This document shows, piece by piece, positions 16,735 through 24,409 of a stretch of 32,000 nucleotides of DNA (position 1 is the first letter of the stretch; the number at the start of each line of letters is the position of its first letter). The notes beneath the pieces were generated by a model that saw nothing but the letters and a program-made list of their open reading frames with translations, ran no database searches and was not told where the DNA came from. The stretch lies in the sequence record MK411746.1. The stretch is one strand, 5' to 3'. The DNA comes from Arthrobacter phage Sonali. The translations under genes and the position numbers were made by a program.

Positions 16735-17216
16735 CCAAGCCCCAGAACCTCCCCGCCCTCCTGAACACCCTCAAGGTCCGCGCGCACACCGAGGCCATCC
16801 TCCGCGAAGGAGACCCCCACTACGACCTCGACAAGGGCGAGGCCAGCGCGTGGGACAAGACCGTCACCCCCGAGACCGTCCTCCGCCTCGTCCAGGAAAT
16901 CGAAGCTCTCCAGGCCGCCAACGACGCCTACCAGTGGACCTCGACCATCAAGCGCCCCGACGGCCTGGTCGTCACCGCCACCATCGAACTCCCCGAGGGC
17001 CACCCTGGCATCGCCCCGGACCCGCGCCCCTGGAACCCCGACGGCGACTGGACCCTCAAGGAAATGAGCGAAATCGCCTATATGTCCGTCAACGCCGTCC
17101 ACGGCGTCGTCGAGCGCAACTTCCAGTCCCGCCACGCCCACAAGCGCCAGGACCACTACTGGGCGCAGAACCTCGACATGCCCGCCGCCGAAGCAATCGA
17201 GGCCCCGAAGTCATGA
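16731..17216 (+). CDS. Hypothetical protein (161 aa)
   Basis: Overlapping ORF in the rightward operon. Confidence 0.7.
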   Translation: MTKPQNLPALLNTLKVRAHTEAILREGDPHYDLDKGEASAWDKTVTPETVLRLVQEIEALQAANDAYQWTSTIKRPDGLVVTATIELPEGHPGIAPDPRPWNPDGDWTLKEMSEIAYMSVNAVHGVVERNFQSRHAHKRQDHYWAQNLDMPAAEAIEAPKS

Positions 17217-17563
17217 GCCAGGCAAACCCCCACCAGCCCAGCACCGGCACCCGCCACCTCCACTGCACCGCCGACGGCTGCCACTTCACCCTCCAGCGCC
17301 CCGCGGCCTCTCCGAACTCCACCCCGGGCGACTTCGAGAACTTCTGGCTCGGCAAATTCATCGACTACCACTCCGGCCAGTTCGAGCCTGGCAGGGCCCC
17401 GGACATCGCCGTGGACTGGGAAATCTCCGCCTGCTGCTCCGTCTGCCCCGACGGCATCGGAGACATCGAGGTCATCGACTCCGACACCATCCAGTGCAAG
17501 GACTGCCGGACCACCTGGGACATGACCGGCTCCAACGGGGACCGCGAGGAGACCCAGGCATGA
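17213..17563 (+). CDS. Cys-rich protein with two zinc-binding-like modules (116 aa)
   Basis: LHCTADGCHFTL...FIDYHSG plus CCSVCPDGIGDIEVIDSDTIQCKDC. Confidence 0.7.
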   Translation: MSQANPHQPSTGTRHLHCTADGCHFTLQRPAASPNSTPGDFENFWLGKFIDYHSGQFEPGRAPDIAVDWEISACCSVCPDGIGDIEVIDSDTIQCKDCRTTWDMTGSNGDREETQA

Positions 17564-17784
17564 GCGTCACCCGCCGCCGGAAAGCCCGCAAGGTCCACCG
17601 CTGCGACGGCTGCGACAAGCCAGGCAAGATTCAGCCAGGCGATGTCCACCTCACCCACACAGCCCTCCGCGGCGACGAGTTCGGATACGACGACTACGGG
17701 AGTGGTAAGACCCCCGTCCGCTTCCGGGAATGCGCCGATTGCGCCACCAGGTACGGGCGGGCCGAACTCCTGGAGGCGTCATGA
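17560..17784 (+). CDS. Small zinc-binding-like protein (74 aa)
   Basis: HRCDGCDKPGKIQPGD...FRECADCA. Confidence 0.65.
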   Translation: MSVTRRRKARKVHRCDGCDKPGKIQPGDVHLTHTALRGDEFGYDDYGSGKTPVRFRECADCATRYGRAELLEAS

Positions 17785-17930
17785 TCCACGAACCCAAGCC
17801 CACCGGCAAACGCCTGGAATGCTCCGCCCCAGGCTGCGGCTTCTGGCTCATCCCGCACGGCCCCACCCCACCCGGAGGCTGGGACACCTGGTTCCAAGCC
17901 CGCCACGACAACTTCAAGAGGAAGCCATGA
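17781..17930 (+). CDS. Small C2H2-like protein (49 aa)
   Basis: ECSAPGCGFWLIPH...WFQARHDNF. Confidence 0.6.
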   Translation: MIHEPKPTGKRLECSAPGCGFWLIPHGPTPPGGWDTWFQARHDNFKRKP

Positions 17931-18133
17931 CACGCACCTTCACCCCCGACCAGACCATCATCAAGCCCGGCCCCGACGGCACCGTCCGCAAGACCACCCG
18001 CATCCACGTCAAGCGGGTCTGCAACATCTGCCACGAGAACGTCGGCGACGTCACCGAAGCCGAGCTCGACGCCGCCATCGCAGGCTTGCCACTCCCCGCC
18101 ATCGAAAACCACCACTGCCAGGAGCAGCCATGA
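17927..18133 (+). CDS. Small CxxC...HxC protein (68 aa)
   Basis: VKRVCNICHENVGDV...NHHCQEQP; ATGA overlaps both sides. Confidence 0.6.
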   Translation: MTRTFTPDQTIIKPGPDGTVRKTTRIHVKRVCNICHENVGDVTEAELDAAIAGLPLPAIENHHCQEQP

Positions 18134-18615
18134 CCGACCAGCCCATCCTCCCCGCGGAGTTCCCGGAGCCCGTGATGACCGCCGACAAGCTCATCGAGCA
18201 GAGCCTCAAGGAGGGTATCGCCCAGCTTGAGTATTTCAGCCGTAACCTGAGCATCTTCGACGAGGACGGCACGCTCCGCACCGAGGAAACCGAGCCCAAG
18301 GAGCTGCGGGAAACGCGCCTGCTTAGGGGCAATATGCACCTGTTCTCGTTCCTCCTGGACGCCGTCATCGTGGACTTCATCAAGCGCATTCAGGCCAAGG
18401 ACCCCCGCTGGGCCAACGAGGTCGCAGACGAGGTCCACGACCGGCTCGAATGCGGTGACTACTACCCCGAGATGACCTGGGAGTGGGCCACGGAAATCGG
18501 CCTCGACCCCGAAGCCATCCAGGAGGAAGCCAAGGCCAGGTACGCCAAGCGGAACCCGCCAATCGAAAAAATCGAACTTGCGCCTGACGGCGCAGAGAAG
18601 GAGCCCACCCCATGA
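18130..18615 (+). CDS. Acidic hypothetical protein (161 aa)
   Basis: Overlapping ORF, atypically lower-GC codons for the region. Confidence 0.75.
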   Translation: MTDQPILPAEFPEPVMTADKLIEQSLKEGIAQLEYFSRNLSIFDEDGTLRTEETEPKELRETRLLRGNMHLFSFLLDAVIVDFIKRIQAKDPRWANEVADEVHDRLECGDYYPEMTWEWATEIGLDPEAIQEEAKARYAKRNPPIEKIELAPDGAEKEPTP

Positions 18616-18851
18616 GCATCCAGTCAGCCCCGTACTACTGGTACGAATGCGACCAGGAGGAATGTGGAAGGAAGTCCACCGAAGGCAGCGACTATGCCGC
18701 ATGGAGTGACAAAGACGGGGCATGGGTAGAAGCAGACTGCTCCGACTGGATCGAAGTCGAAGGCAAGCACTACTGCCACCAGCACGCCCACCTCCACGAC
18801 CCCGACACCCAGGACGAGGAGGAGGAGGAATCCCCAACCCATAAGGTGTAA
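18612..18851 (+). CDS. Small acidic Cys/His protein (79 aa)
   Basis: YYWYECDQEECGRKS...DCSDW...HYCHQHAHLHDPD. Confidence 0.65.
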   Translation: MSIQSAPYYWYECDQEECGRKSTEGSDYAAWSDKDGAWVEADCSDWIEVEGKHYCHQHAHLHDPDTQDEEEEESPTHKV

Positions 18852-18955
18852 CCCCAACACCAAACTCCAGCCCAAACGTGCTAGCATGAGCGGACCAAAA
18901 CCACTTGGCGCTCGTGAGAACGTCCAGGCGTTAAAACATTGGCTGGGGAGTCTGA

Positions 18956-19201
18956 ATGCTCGGAGCGGTATCTGTCTACGCGGTCTCAGTGGAGGCTGCG
19001 GACCCGAAGGTCGGCGTGACCTTGGGTGAGATGTACCAGTTTGTCCAGCAGGCCGAGCAGCTTGGGATCGACCCGAGGACGCCCCTGAGTGGTGTCCGGG
19101 CTGGGTTCCGTGGCCAGCTCATCAAGGCAGCGGCGAGTGGCACTGTTCCGGCGAAGCTGGACGAGGATGCCGAGCCCCTGGCTGCCCCCACCGATACATA
19201 A
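18956..19201 (+). CDS. Hypothetical protein (81 aa)
   Basis: ORF following a 100-bp structured gap; followed by a terminator. Confidence 0.6.
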   Translation: MLGAVSVYAVSVEAADPKVGVTLGEMYQFVQQAEQLGIDPRTPLSGVRAGFRGQLIKAAASGTVPAKLDEDAEPLAAPTDT

Positions 19202-19215
19202 GCTTCACCTCCTGC

Positions 19216-19262
19216 CCTGCGTCCCTGGCCTGTCCCCTGGCCTGGGGGCGCAGGGCTTTCCT
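19216..19262 (+). terminator. Intrinsic terminator
   Basis: GCCCTGCG ... CGCAGGGC followed by TTTCCTT. Confidence 0.6.
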
Positions 19263-19303
19263 TGCGCTCAATCTCGCCTACCAGGATGGAAAAACAGGAA
19301 CCA

Positions 19304-19615
19304 ATGGGAACCAAGCCCACGATCGCCAGGCGCCTCGCTGCGGGCCTCGGAGTCGCTGCCCTGGCATTGACCCTCACCGGATGCTGGCACGGCACGGGGA
19401 CGGTCATCCGCCGGGACTATCACGCCTCCTGGACCTCGGTCACGACGTCCTGCTCCTCGACCGGCAAGGTCACGAGCTGCCACCCGAACATCACCACCTA
19501 TCCCGAGTCCTACGACCTCCTGGTCCGGGACTCGAAGGGCGACGAGCACTGGGTCTCGGTCTCGCCAGGCGACTACAACAGCCACCCCGTCGGCTCCACC
19601 TTCACGAACGGATGA
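19304..19615 (+). CDS. Putative lipoprotein (103 aa)
   Basis: MGTKPTIARRLAAGLGVAALALTLTGC: positively charged n-region, hydrophobic core, LTGC lipobox. Confidence 0.75.
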   Translation: MGTKPTIARRLAAGLGVAALALTLTGCWHGTGTVIRRDYHASWTSVTTSCSSTGKVTSCHPNITTYPESYDLLVRDSKGDEHWVSVSPGDYNSHPVGSTFTNG

Positions 19616-19722
19616 GGGCCTGGTTCACCTGGCTCCTGGAGTTCTTCGCCGAACACCACCAGCCCCAGCCCCCAGGGCCCGCCCCACATTCCACCTGCCG
19701 CTGCTACCAGGGAGACCAATGA
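19612..19722 (+). CDS. Micropeptide (36 aa, MRAWFTWLLEFFAEHHQPQPPGPAPHSTCRCYQGDQ)
   Basis: ATGA overlaps with both neighbours; GGGAGA RBS for the next gene inside it. Confidence 0.5.
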   Translation: MRAWFTWLLEFFAEHHQPQPPGPAPHSTCRCYQGDQ

Positions 19723-20192
19723 CCATCCACGAACTCAACGCCACCGAGGACTCCATCGTCTGCTCCTGCGGGGAGTGGGCCGCCGACCCATCCAACGGCG
19801 CCGCGACGATCAACCGGGCGTTCCTCCTCCACGTCTACAAAGCCGCCGAGGCCGCCCAGACGCCCGAGCCCGAGGAGACCGAGGCCATCATCCCGGTCGA
19901 GCCCCAGGAGGCTCCCAGCGAGGCTCCCAGCCCCGCCCTGGACCTCCGCAAGCTCGGCTTCGAGCTCGTCGCCTCACGCCGCGGCCTGACGATGGTCTAC
20001 GGCAAGCTCACCGAGAACAAGGACCGCCTGGCAGACCTCCCCGAGAAGCCCCACAACTTCCGCCCCATGATCGGGACCTACGCCGCGGTCTCCGCCGAAG
20101 CCAACCGCCGCAACGAAATTCAGATCAGGCACAACCACCTGGACTACCTCTACGCCCCGGAGCCCCGGAAGCTCGAAGGAGCCAGCAAGTGA
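19719..20192 (+). CDS. Protein with N-terminal CxCxxW...H zinc-finger-like module (157 aa)
   Basis: EDSIVCSCGEWAADPSNGAATINRAFLLHVYKA. Confidence 0.7.
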   Translation: MTIHELNATEDSIVCSCGEWAADPSNGAATINRAFLLHVYKAAEAAQTPEPEETEAIIPVEPQEAPSEAPSPALDLRKLGFELVASRRGLTMVYGKLTENKDRLADLPEKPHNFRPMIGTYAAVSAEANRRNEIQIRHNHLDYLYAPEPRKLEGASK

Positions 20193-20398
20193 CCACCCTC
20201 CTCGCCCTCCTGTTCGTCGCCTGGGCCATGACCGTCGCCGCCATCCTCGGCTTCGCCCGCATCTGGGTCCGTGACTTCCTCTCCTGGCCTGGCCTCACCC
20301 ACCAGGCCAGGCTGACCGGCCTCCTCATCCGGCTCGCCGTCACAGCTGCCGCCCTGGCGCTCATCATCTGCGCCCCGCTCGACCTGCTCGCCCTCTAG
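20189..20398 (+). CDS. Small membrane protein (69 aa)
   Basis: GTG start in GTGA overlap; two hydrophobic segments. Confidence 0.6.
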   Translation: MTTLLALLFVAWAMTVAAILGFARIWVRDFLSWPGLTHQARLTGLLIRLAVTAAALALIICAPLDLLAL

Positions 20399-20430
20399 CA
20401 TCACCCGCTGACAAAGGAGACAGACCCACC

Positions 20431-21009
20431 TTGATTCACGACCTCGTCACCTACCCCAATGCCCAGGACGACACCGTCATCGCCCGCTGCTCCTGCGACC
20501 AGTGGCGCCGCGTCTGGAACGTCAAGAACTTCCCGGGCGTCCAGGAGGCCGAGTCCGACCATCAGGCCCACCGCCAGGCAGCCGCCGCCCAGGCACTCCA
20601 GGCCCCGGCTCAGCCCGTCCTCCGCCAGCCCGAGGCCGCCGCCAGCCTCGACGCCCTCGTGAACATGACCAGGGCCATCGGAGATGCCGCCAGGGCGATG
20701 CAGGAGGCCACCGCCACCCTCCACGACCAGATCGACGAGTTCATCCAGGCCCACCAGGACTCGTGTGACCGCGGCATCGGCGTCCTGGTCGTCCGCAAGG
20801 CTGACGGGACCATCACCTCGACCCCGAACGTGTTCCTCAAGCCAGGCCAGGTCGTGTTCACCGAGGACCCCGAGACCTACTTCGCTGGCCTCCCCGTGAA
20901 GATCAGCATGGCCCCGGAGGTCCCCGAGTACCTGCCCCGCTACCAGGTCACCACCCCCGTCCGGCTGGAGTCCGCCATCACCACCAAGGTCACGGGGCTC
21001 GTCGCGTGA
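20431..21009 (+). CDS. Protein with N-terminal CxCxxW...H module (192 aa)
   Basis: TTG start after AAAGGAGA; DDTVIARCSCDQWRR...SDHQAHRQAA. Confidence 0.7.
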   Translation: MIHDLVTYPNAQDDTVIARCSCDQWRRVWNVKNFPGVQEAESDHQAHRQAAAAQALQAPAQPVLRQPEAAASLDALVNMTRAIGDAARAMQEATATLHDQIDEFIQAHQDSCDRGIGVLVVRKADGTITSTPNVFLKPGQVVFTEDPETYFAGLPVKISMAPEVPEYLPRYQVTTPVRLESAITTKVTGLVA

Positions 21010-21155
21010 ACGCCGACATCGCCACCCGCTGTCGGAGGATGCCCCGCGGCTGGTACTGCTCCCTCCAGTCCGGACACGACGGCCCCTGCCCCGGCTGGCC
21101 GACCCGCTGGACCAGGCTCAAGTACTGGCTCCGCGGCAACCCCCTCCCCTTCTAA
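21006..21155 (+). CDS. Small Cys/His protein (49 aa)
   Basis: VNADIATRCRRMPRGWYCSLQSGHDGPCPGW; GTGA overlap; not in the ORF track. Confidence 0.5.
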   Translation: MNADIATRCRRMPRGWYCSLQSGHDGPCPGWPTRWTRLKYWLRGNPLPF

Positions 21156-21175
21156 GCACGACCCCCAGGAGACCC

Positions 21176-22009
21176 GTGGCGACCTGCCAGCACTGCGAAG
21201 TCAACCCCGTCCAGGACGACCGGACACTCTGCGCCATCGACGCCGCAGCCCTCGGCAGGCTCCTCGCCTCCATCCCCGCCATGCTCGACGAGCTCGACGT
21301 GGCCCTCACCCGCCAGGCCAACCTCCGCCCCGTCCGCGGTGGAGCCGTCCCGACCGACGCCGTGGACCTGCCCTACAACCTCGGAGCCGCCGAGACCGCC
21401 AGGGACATCCGGGCCATGCTCCTCCCCTGGGTCCGCCTCGTGCAGACCAGGACCGGGGCCGAGTACGTGATGGGCTCCACCAGCACCGCGGCCCTGGCCA
21501 GGGGCCTCTACAACTACCGCGGCTGGCTCGTCCGGCAGCCCGAAGCCACGGACCTCCTGGCAGCCCTGCAGGCGTCCCTGGAGGAGGTCCGCAAGGTCAT
21601 CGACCTCCGCCTGGAGAAGGTATTCGTCGGCTCCTGCCGCTCCGTGTATGACTCCGAGGGCATCCGCCAGCCCGTATGCCAGGAACACCTCTACGCCCCG
21701 TCCAGGAACTCCGAGGTCACCTGCGGCAAGTGCGGGACCGTCCACAACATCAAGTCCAGGCAGAAGCAGGCCATCGCCCAGGCCGAGAACCGCATCCTGC
21801 CGCCCCAGGTCATCGCCAGGGCCCTCACCCGCAACGGGCAGCCCCTCGACGTCGAACGGCTCTACAACTGGGTCAAGCGGGGCCTCCTCAAGCCCGCGGC
21901 CCTGGACTCCTCGACCAAGCGGAAGCTCTACCGGGTCGGCGATGTCCTGGACGTCATGGTCGCCACCGACCTCTCACCCCACAACCCCCGCAAGGTCCTG
22001 GCGGCCTGA
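21176..22009 (+). CDS. Zinc-ribbon plus MerR-like HTH DNA-binding protein (277 aa)
   Basis: CQHCEVNP; VTCGKCGTVHNI; C-terminal VIARALTRNGQPLDVERLYNWVKRGLLKPAALDSSTKRKLYRVGDVLDVM. Confidence 0.7.
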   Translation: MATCQHCEVNPVQDDRTLCAIDAAALGRLLASIPAMLDELDVALTRQANLRPVRGGAVPTDAVDLPYNLGAAETARDIRAMLLPWVRLVQTRTGAEYVMGSTSTAALARGLYNYRGWLVRQPEATDLLAALQASLEEVRKVIDLRLEKVFVGSCRSVYDSEGIRQPVCQEHLYAPSRNSEVTCGKCGTVHNIKSRQKQAIAQAENRILPPQVIARALTRNGQPLDVERLYNWVKRGLLKPAALDSSTKRKLYRVGDVLDVMVATDLSPHNPRKVLAA

Positions 22010-22626
22010 TGCTCTACCTGGCCAATCCCTGCTCCGCCCCGGCCATCGTGGCGGCGATGGAGGAGGGAACCCTGGGCTTCATCACCACCCCATCCCAGGG
22101 CAACAAGCGCCCGCCAGGCTCGGTCTGGTGCGCTGACAACGGCTGCTTCGGGAAGGGCTACCCAGGCGACGAGAAGTGGCTGGCCTGGCTCGACCGGCGC
22201 AAGGACCAGGCCGGGTCCTGCCTGTTCGCCACCGCCCCGGACGTCGTCGGCGATGCTGTCGCCACCCTGGCCAGGTCCGCCCCGTTCCTGCCCCTCATCC
22301 GGGCGATGGGCTACCCCGCGGCCCTGGTCGCCCAGGACGGCCTGGAGGACCTGGTCGTCCCCTGGGATGACTTCGATGTCCTGTTCATCGGCGGCTCGAC
22401 CGAGTGGAAGCTCGGCCCCGCAGCCAGGGAGCTCGTCCGCCAGGCGAAGGCCAGGGGCAAGCACGTCCATATGGGGCGAGTGAACTCCGGCAAGCGATAC
22501 CGCTACGCCGAGTCCATCGGGTGCGACTCCGTGGACGGCACGTTCCTCCGCTTCGCCCCCACCGAAAACCTGCAGCGACTCCGGGCCTGGAGCCGCCCCG
22601 ACCAAGACGCCCTGTTCCCCGTCTAA
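22009..22626 (+). CDS. TGT/DpdA-like TIM-barrel protein, possible second DpdA-type (DpdA2-like) enzyme
   Basis: VWCADNGCFG..., LFATAPDVVGDAVATL, FDVLFIGGSTEWKLGPAARELVRQAKARGKHVHMGRVNSGKRYRYAESIGCDSVDGT; motif order parallels TGT/DpdA proteins. Confidence 0.55.
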   Translation: MLYLANPCSAPAIVAAMEEGTLGFITTPSQGNKRPPGSVWCADNGCFGKGYPGDEKWLAWLDRRKDQAGSCLFATAPDVVGDAVATLARSAPFLPLIRAMGYPAALVAQDGLEDLVVPWDDFDVLFIGGSTEWKLGPAARELVRQAKARGKHVHMGRVNSGKRYRYAESIGCDSVDGTFLRFAPTENLQRLRAWSRPDQDALFPV

Positions 22627-22636
22627 GGAGAGACCC

Positions 22637-23122
22637 ATGACCCGCTACATCGCCCACGTCCACCGCCCAGGTTGGACCCGCCGCCAGGACTGGACCGAGG
22701 GCCCTGGCATCATCCACCGAGACCTCGTCTACGGCCAGGCCATCACCGGCCACCCGTTCGCCGAGGCCATCCTGGAGGAGATGCCCCTGACCGCCCAGGA
22801 GGACGACTGGATCAGGTGGACCCTGGCCACGTTCATCGCCCCGGGAGGGAAGATCACCGAGGCGTGGAAGCTGCCGCTCGTCCCCGTCCGCCAGCTCATC
22901 CACACCATCGAAGGGACCTACTCGGACATCCCGGGAGCCCACGACTTCACGGTGGAGCAGCTATCCCAGGCTCTCCAGGAGCGCATGGCCGCCATCCACG
23001 GCGAGGAGTTCGCAGCCAGGGCCGCCGAGAACATCACCTGGACCATCACCCACCCGCCCTACCCTGGCGGGCACACCAAGCTCCGGGGCGCGGTCGAGGT
23101 CTCCACCCTGGGAGCCGCATAG
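22637..23122 (+). CDS. Hypothetical protein (161 aa)
   Basis: ORF with AAGGAGA RBS. Confidence 0.75.
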   Translation: MTRYIAHVHRPGWTRRQDWTEGPGIIHRDLVYGQAITGHPFAEAILEEMPLTAQEDDWIRWTLATFIAPGGKITEAWKLPLVPVRQLIHTIEGTYSDIPGAHDFTVEQLSQALQERMAAIHGEEFAARAAENITWTITHPPYPGGHTKLRGAVEVSTLGAA

Positions 23123-23424
23123 TGTTCGCGGACATCATCAGCAGGGACGAGGGAGAGCCCTGGGGCGAGACGGGCATGACCTCCCAGAAGTGGCAGGAGG
23201 TCCCGGCCCGGTCGTTCCTCATCTCCGACCTGATCGCCACCCAGCCAGGCGTCCTCCTCCACGCCCTCGCCGAGGATCACCAGGGCAGCCACTCCGGGGA
23301 CCACCTGGCCCACGTCGTCGAGTGGGAAGGTCGCTTCTACCTGGAGGACGGCCACCATCGGGCGGTCCGTGCCAGGCTCAACGGCTCCCCTCGCCTCTTG
23401 GCACGTCACCTGGTCGTCCAGTAG
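23122..23424 (+). CDS. Small ParB/sulfiredoxin-fold-like protein (100 aa, weak)
   Basis: WEGRFYLEDGHHRAVRARLNG resembles the ParB-like DGHHR motif; GTG start overlapping the preceding stop. Confidence 0.5.
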   Translation: MFADIISRDEGEPWGETGMTSQKWQEVPARSFLISDLIATQPGVLLHALAEDHQGSHSGDHLAHVVEWEGRFYLEDGHHRAVRARLNGSPRLLARHLVVQ

Positions 23425-23508
23425 GCGTAATTTCTCCGCCCACTGGTTTGCGTTTGGTGTAAGAGTGACCGATACTTTCCAGGTAGCTTCGCCAGCAATG
23501 GAGGAGCT

Positions 23509-23600
23509 GACCGGGTAGCTCAGTTGGTTAGAGTTCGCGAACGCCAGGGTCCTTACCCCTGGTGGTGGCGGTGTCGCTGGTTCAAGTCCAGCTCCGGTCT
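23509..23600 (+). tRNA. Atypical tRNA-like element, apparent Lys(CTT)-type loop (possibly degenerate)
   Basis: 7-bp acceptor GACCGGG/TCCGGTC, D-arm GCTCAGTTGGTTAGAGT, T-arm GCTGG-TTCAAGT-CCAGC, hairpin CCAGGG-TCCTTAC-CCCTGG; 9 extra nt before the anticodon stem, C at position 33, no encoded CCA. Confidence 0.5.
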
Positions 23601-23688
23601 CGGCGCCCGGTCTGGGAGGCGTAGGTCAAATATCCCGAGCATGCTTGACCACAACTGAACATCGCTTGAACAACACTCACGACGCGAG

Positions 23689-23730
23689 GGCCCCGGGCCG
23701 CTGACTTCCACCAGCAACCCGGGGCCTTTG
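23689..23730 (+). terminator. Strong hairpin, candidate terminator downstream of the tRNA-like element
   Basis: GGCCCCGGG (23689-23697) / CCCGGGGCC (23718-23726) followed by TTTG. Confidence 0.6.
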
Positions 23731-23750
23731 TCATGCCCTGGAGGAGACCC

Positions 23751-24206
23751 ATGAGCAAGCACCGCATCGACGCGGACGACCCGTTCTGGGTTGCTCCCGC
23801 CTTAGACCCTGACCATGTCCTCTGCGAATGCCCGTTCGGGCTCATCGACCCCGAGTGCCCGTACTGCTCGGACGAGGACCAGGCCAAGCTCGAAGCCCTC
23901 TGGGCCGAGAACGACCTCCGGCTGCATGACTGCGACGAGGAGTTCAACCCCGCCTGCGGGTTCTGCGACCTGGAGGACGACGTCACCACCGAGGGACCCA
24001 GGCCGCCCCTCTGGCTCCGCGCCTGGGCCTGGACCCGCGCCTGGTGGAGGGAAAACTGGGGCTCCGCCATCTTCGGACTCATCCTCGGCTCCATCATCAA
24101 CTGCGTCCGGGGCGACTGGACCTGGCCCTTCACCGCCGCCGAGTCCGGCGTCCTGGTCCTCTGCCTGGCCGGGCTCTACATCGTCTGGCTCGGGTGCCGC
24201 CGGTGA
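23751..24206 (+). CDS. Protein with Cys-rich N-terminus and C-terminal transmembrane segments (151 aa)
   Basis: LCECPFGLIDPECPYCSDED...CGFCDLEDD; hydrophobic WGSAIFGLILGSIINCV and GVLVLCLAGLYIVWL; ATG 23751 inside the track ORF. Confidence 0.7.
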   Translation: MSKHRIDADDPFWVAPALDPDHVLCECPFGLIDPECPYCSDEDQAKLEALWAENDLRLHDCDEEFNPACGFCDLEDDVTTEGPRPPLWLRAWAWTRAWWRENWGSAIFGLILGSIINCVRGDWTWPFTAAESGVLVLCLAGLYIVWLGCRR

Positions 24207-24409
24207 GCGCCCTGGAGTTCTGGCTCCTGGCCCTGGCCGGGGTCATCGCCCTCCTCCTGTGGATGGGCTCCGACGACTTCCCGAGCCACCGCGTCCCCGC
24301 CCTCATCCGCCCCTGGCGGTCCGGGCCCCTCGGTCGCCTGGCAGGCGTCCACTCACCCTCCGCCCACCCCTACGGCACCTGCTGGTGCCAGAAACGAGCC
24401 CGCCCATGA
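24203..24409 (+). CDS. Small membrane-anchored protein (68 aa)
   Basis: GTG start in GTGA overlap; LEFWLLALAGVIALLLWMG. Confidence 0.55.
   Translation: MSALEFWLLALAGVIALLLWMGSDDFPSHRVPALIRPWRSGPLGRLAGVHSPSAHPYGTCWCQKRARP

Noticed and set aside
23509-23600. tRNA-like element as the integrase attachment core (attP)
   Set aside because: It lies more than 22 kb from the truncated integrase and I saw no second copy of its 3' half in the window; cannot be supported without the rest of the phage.
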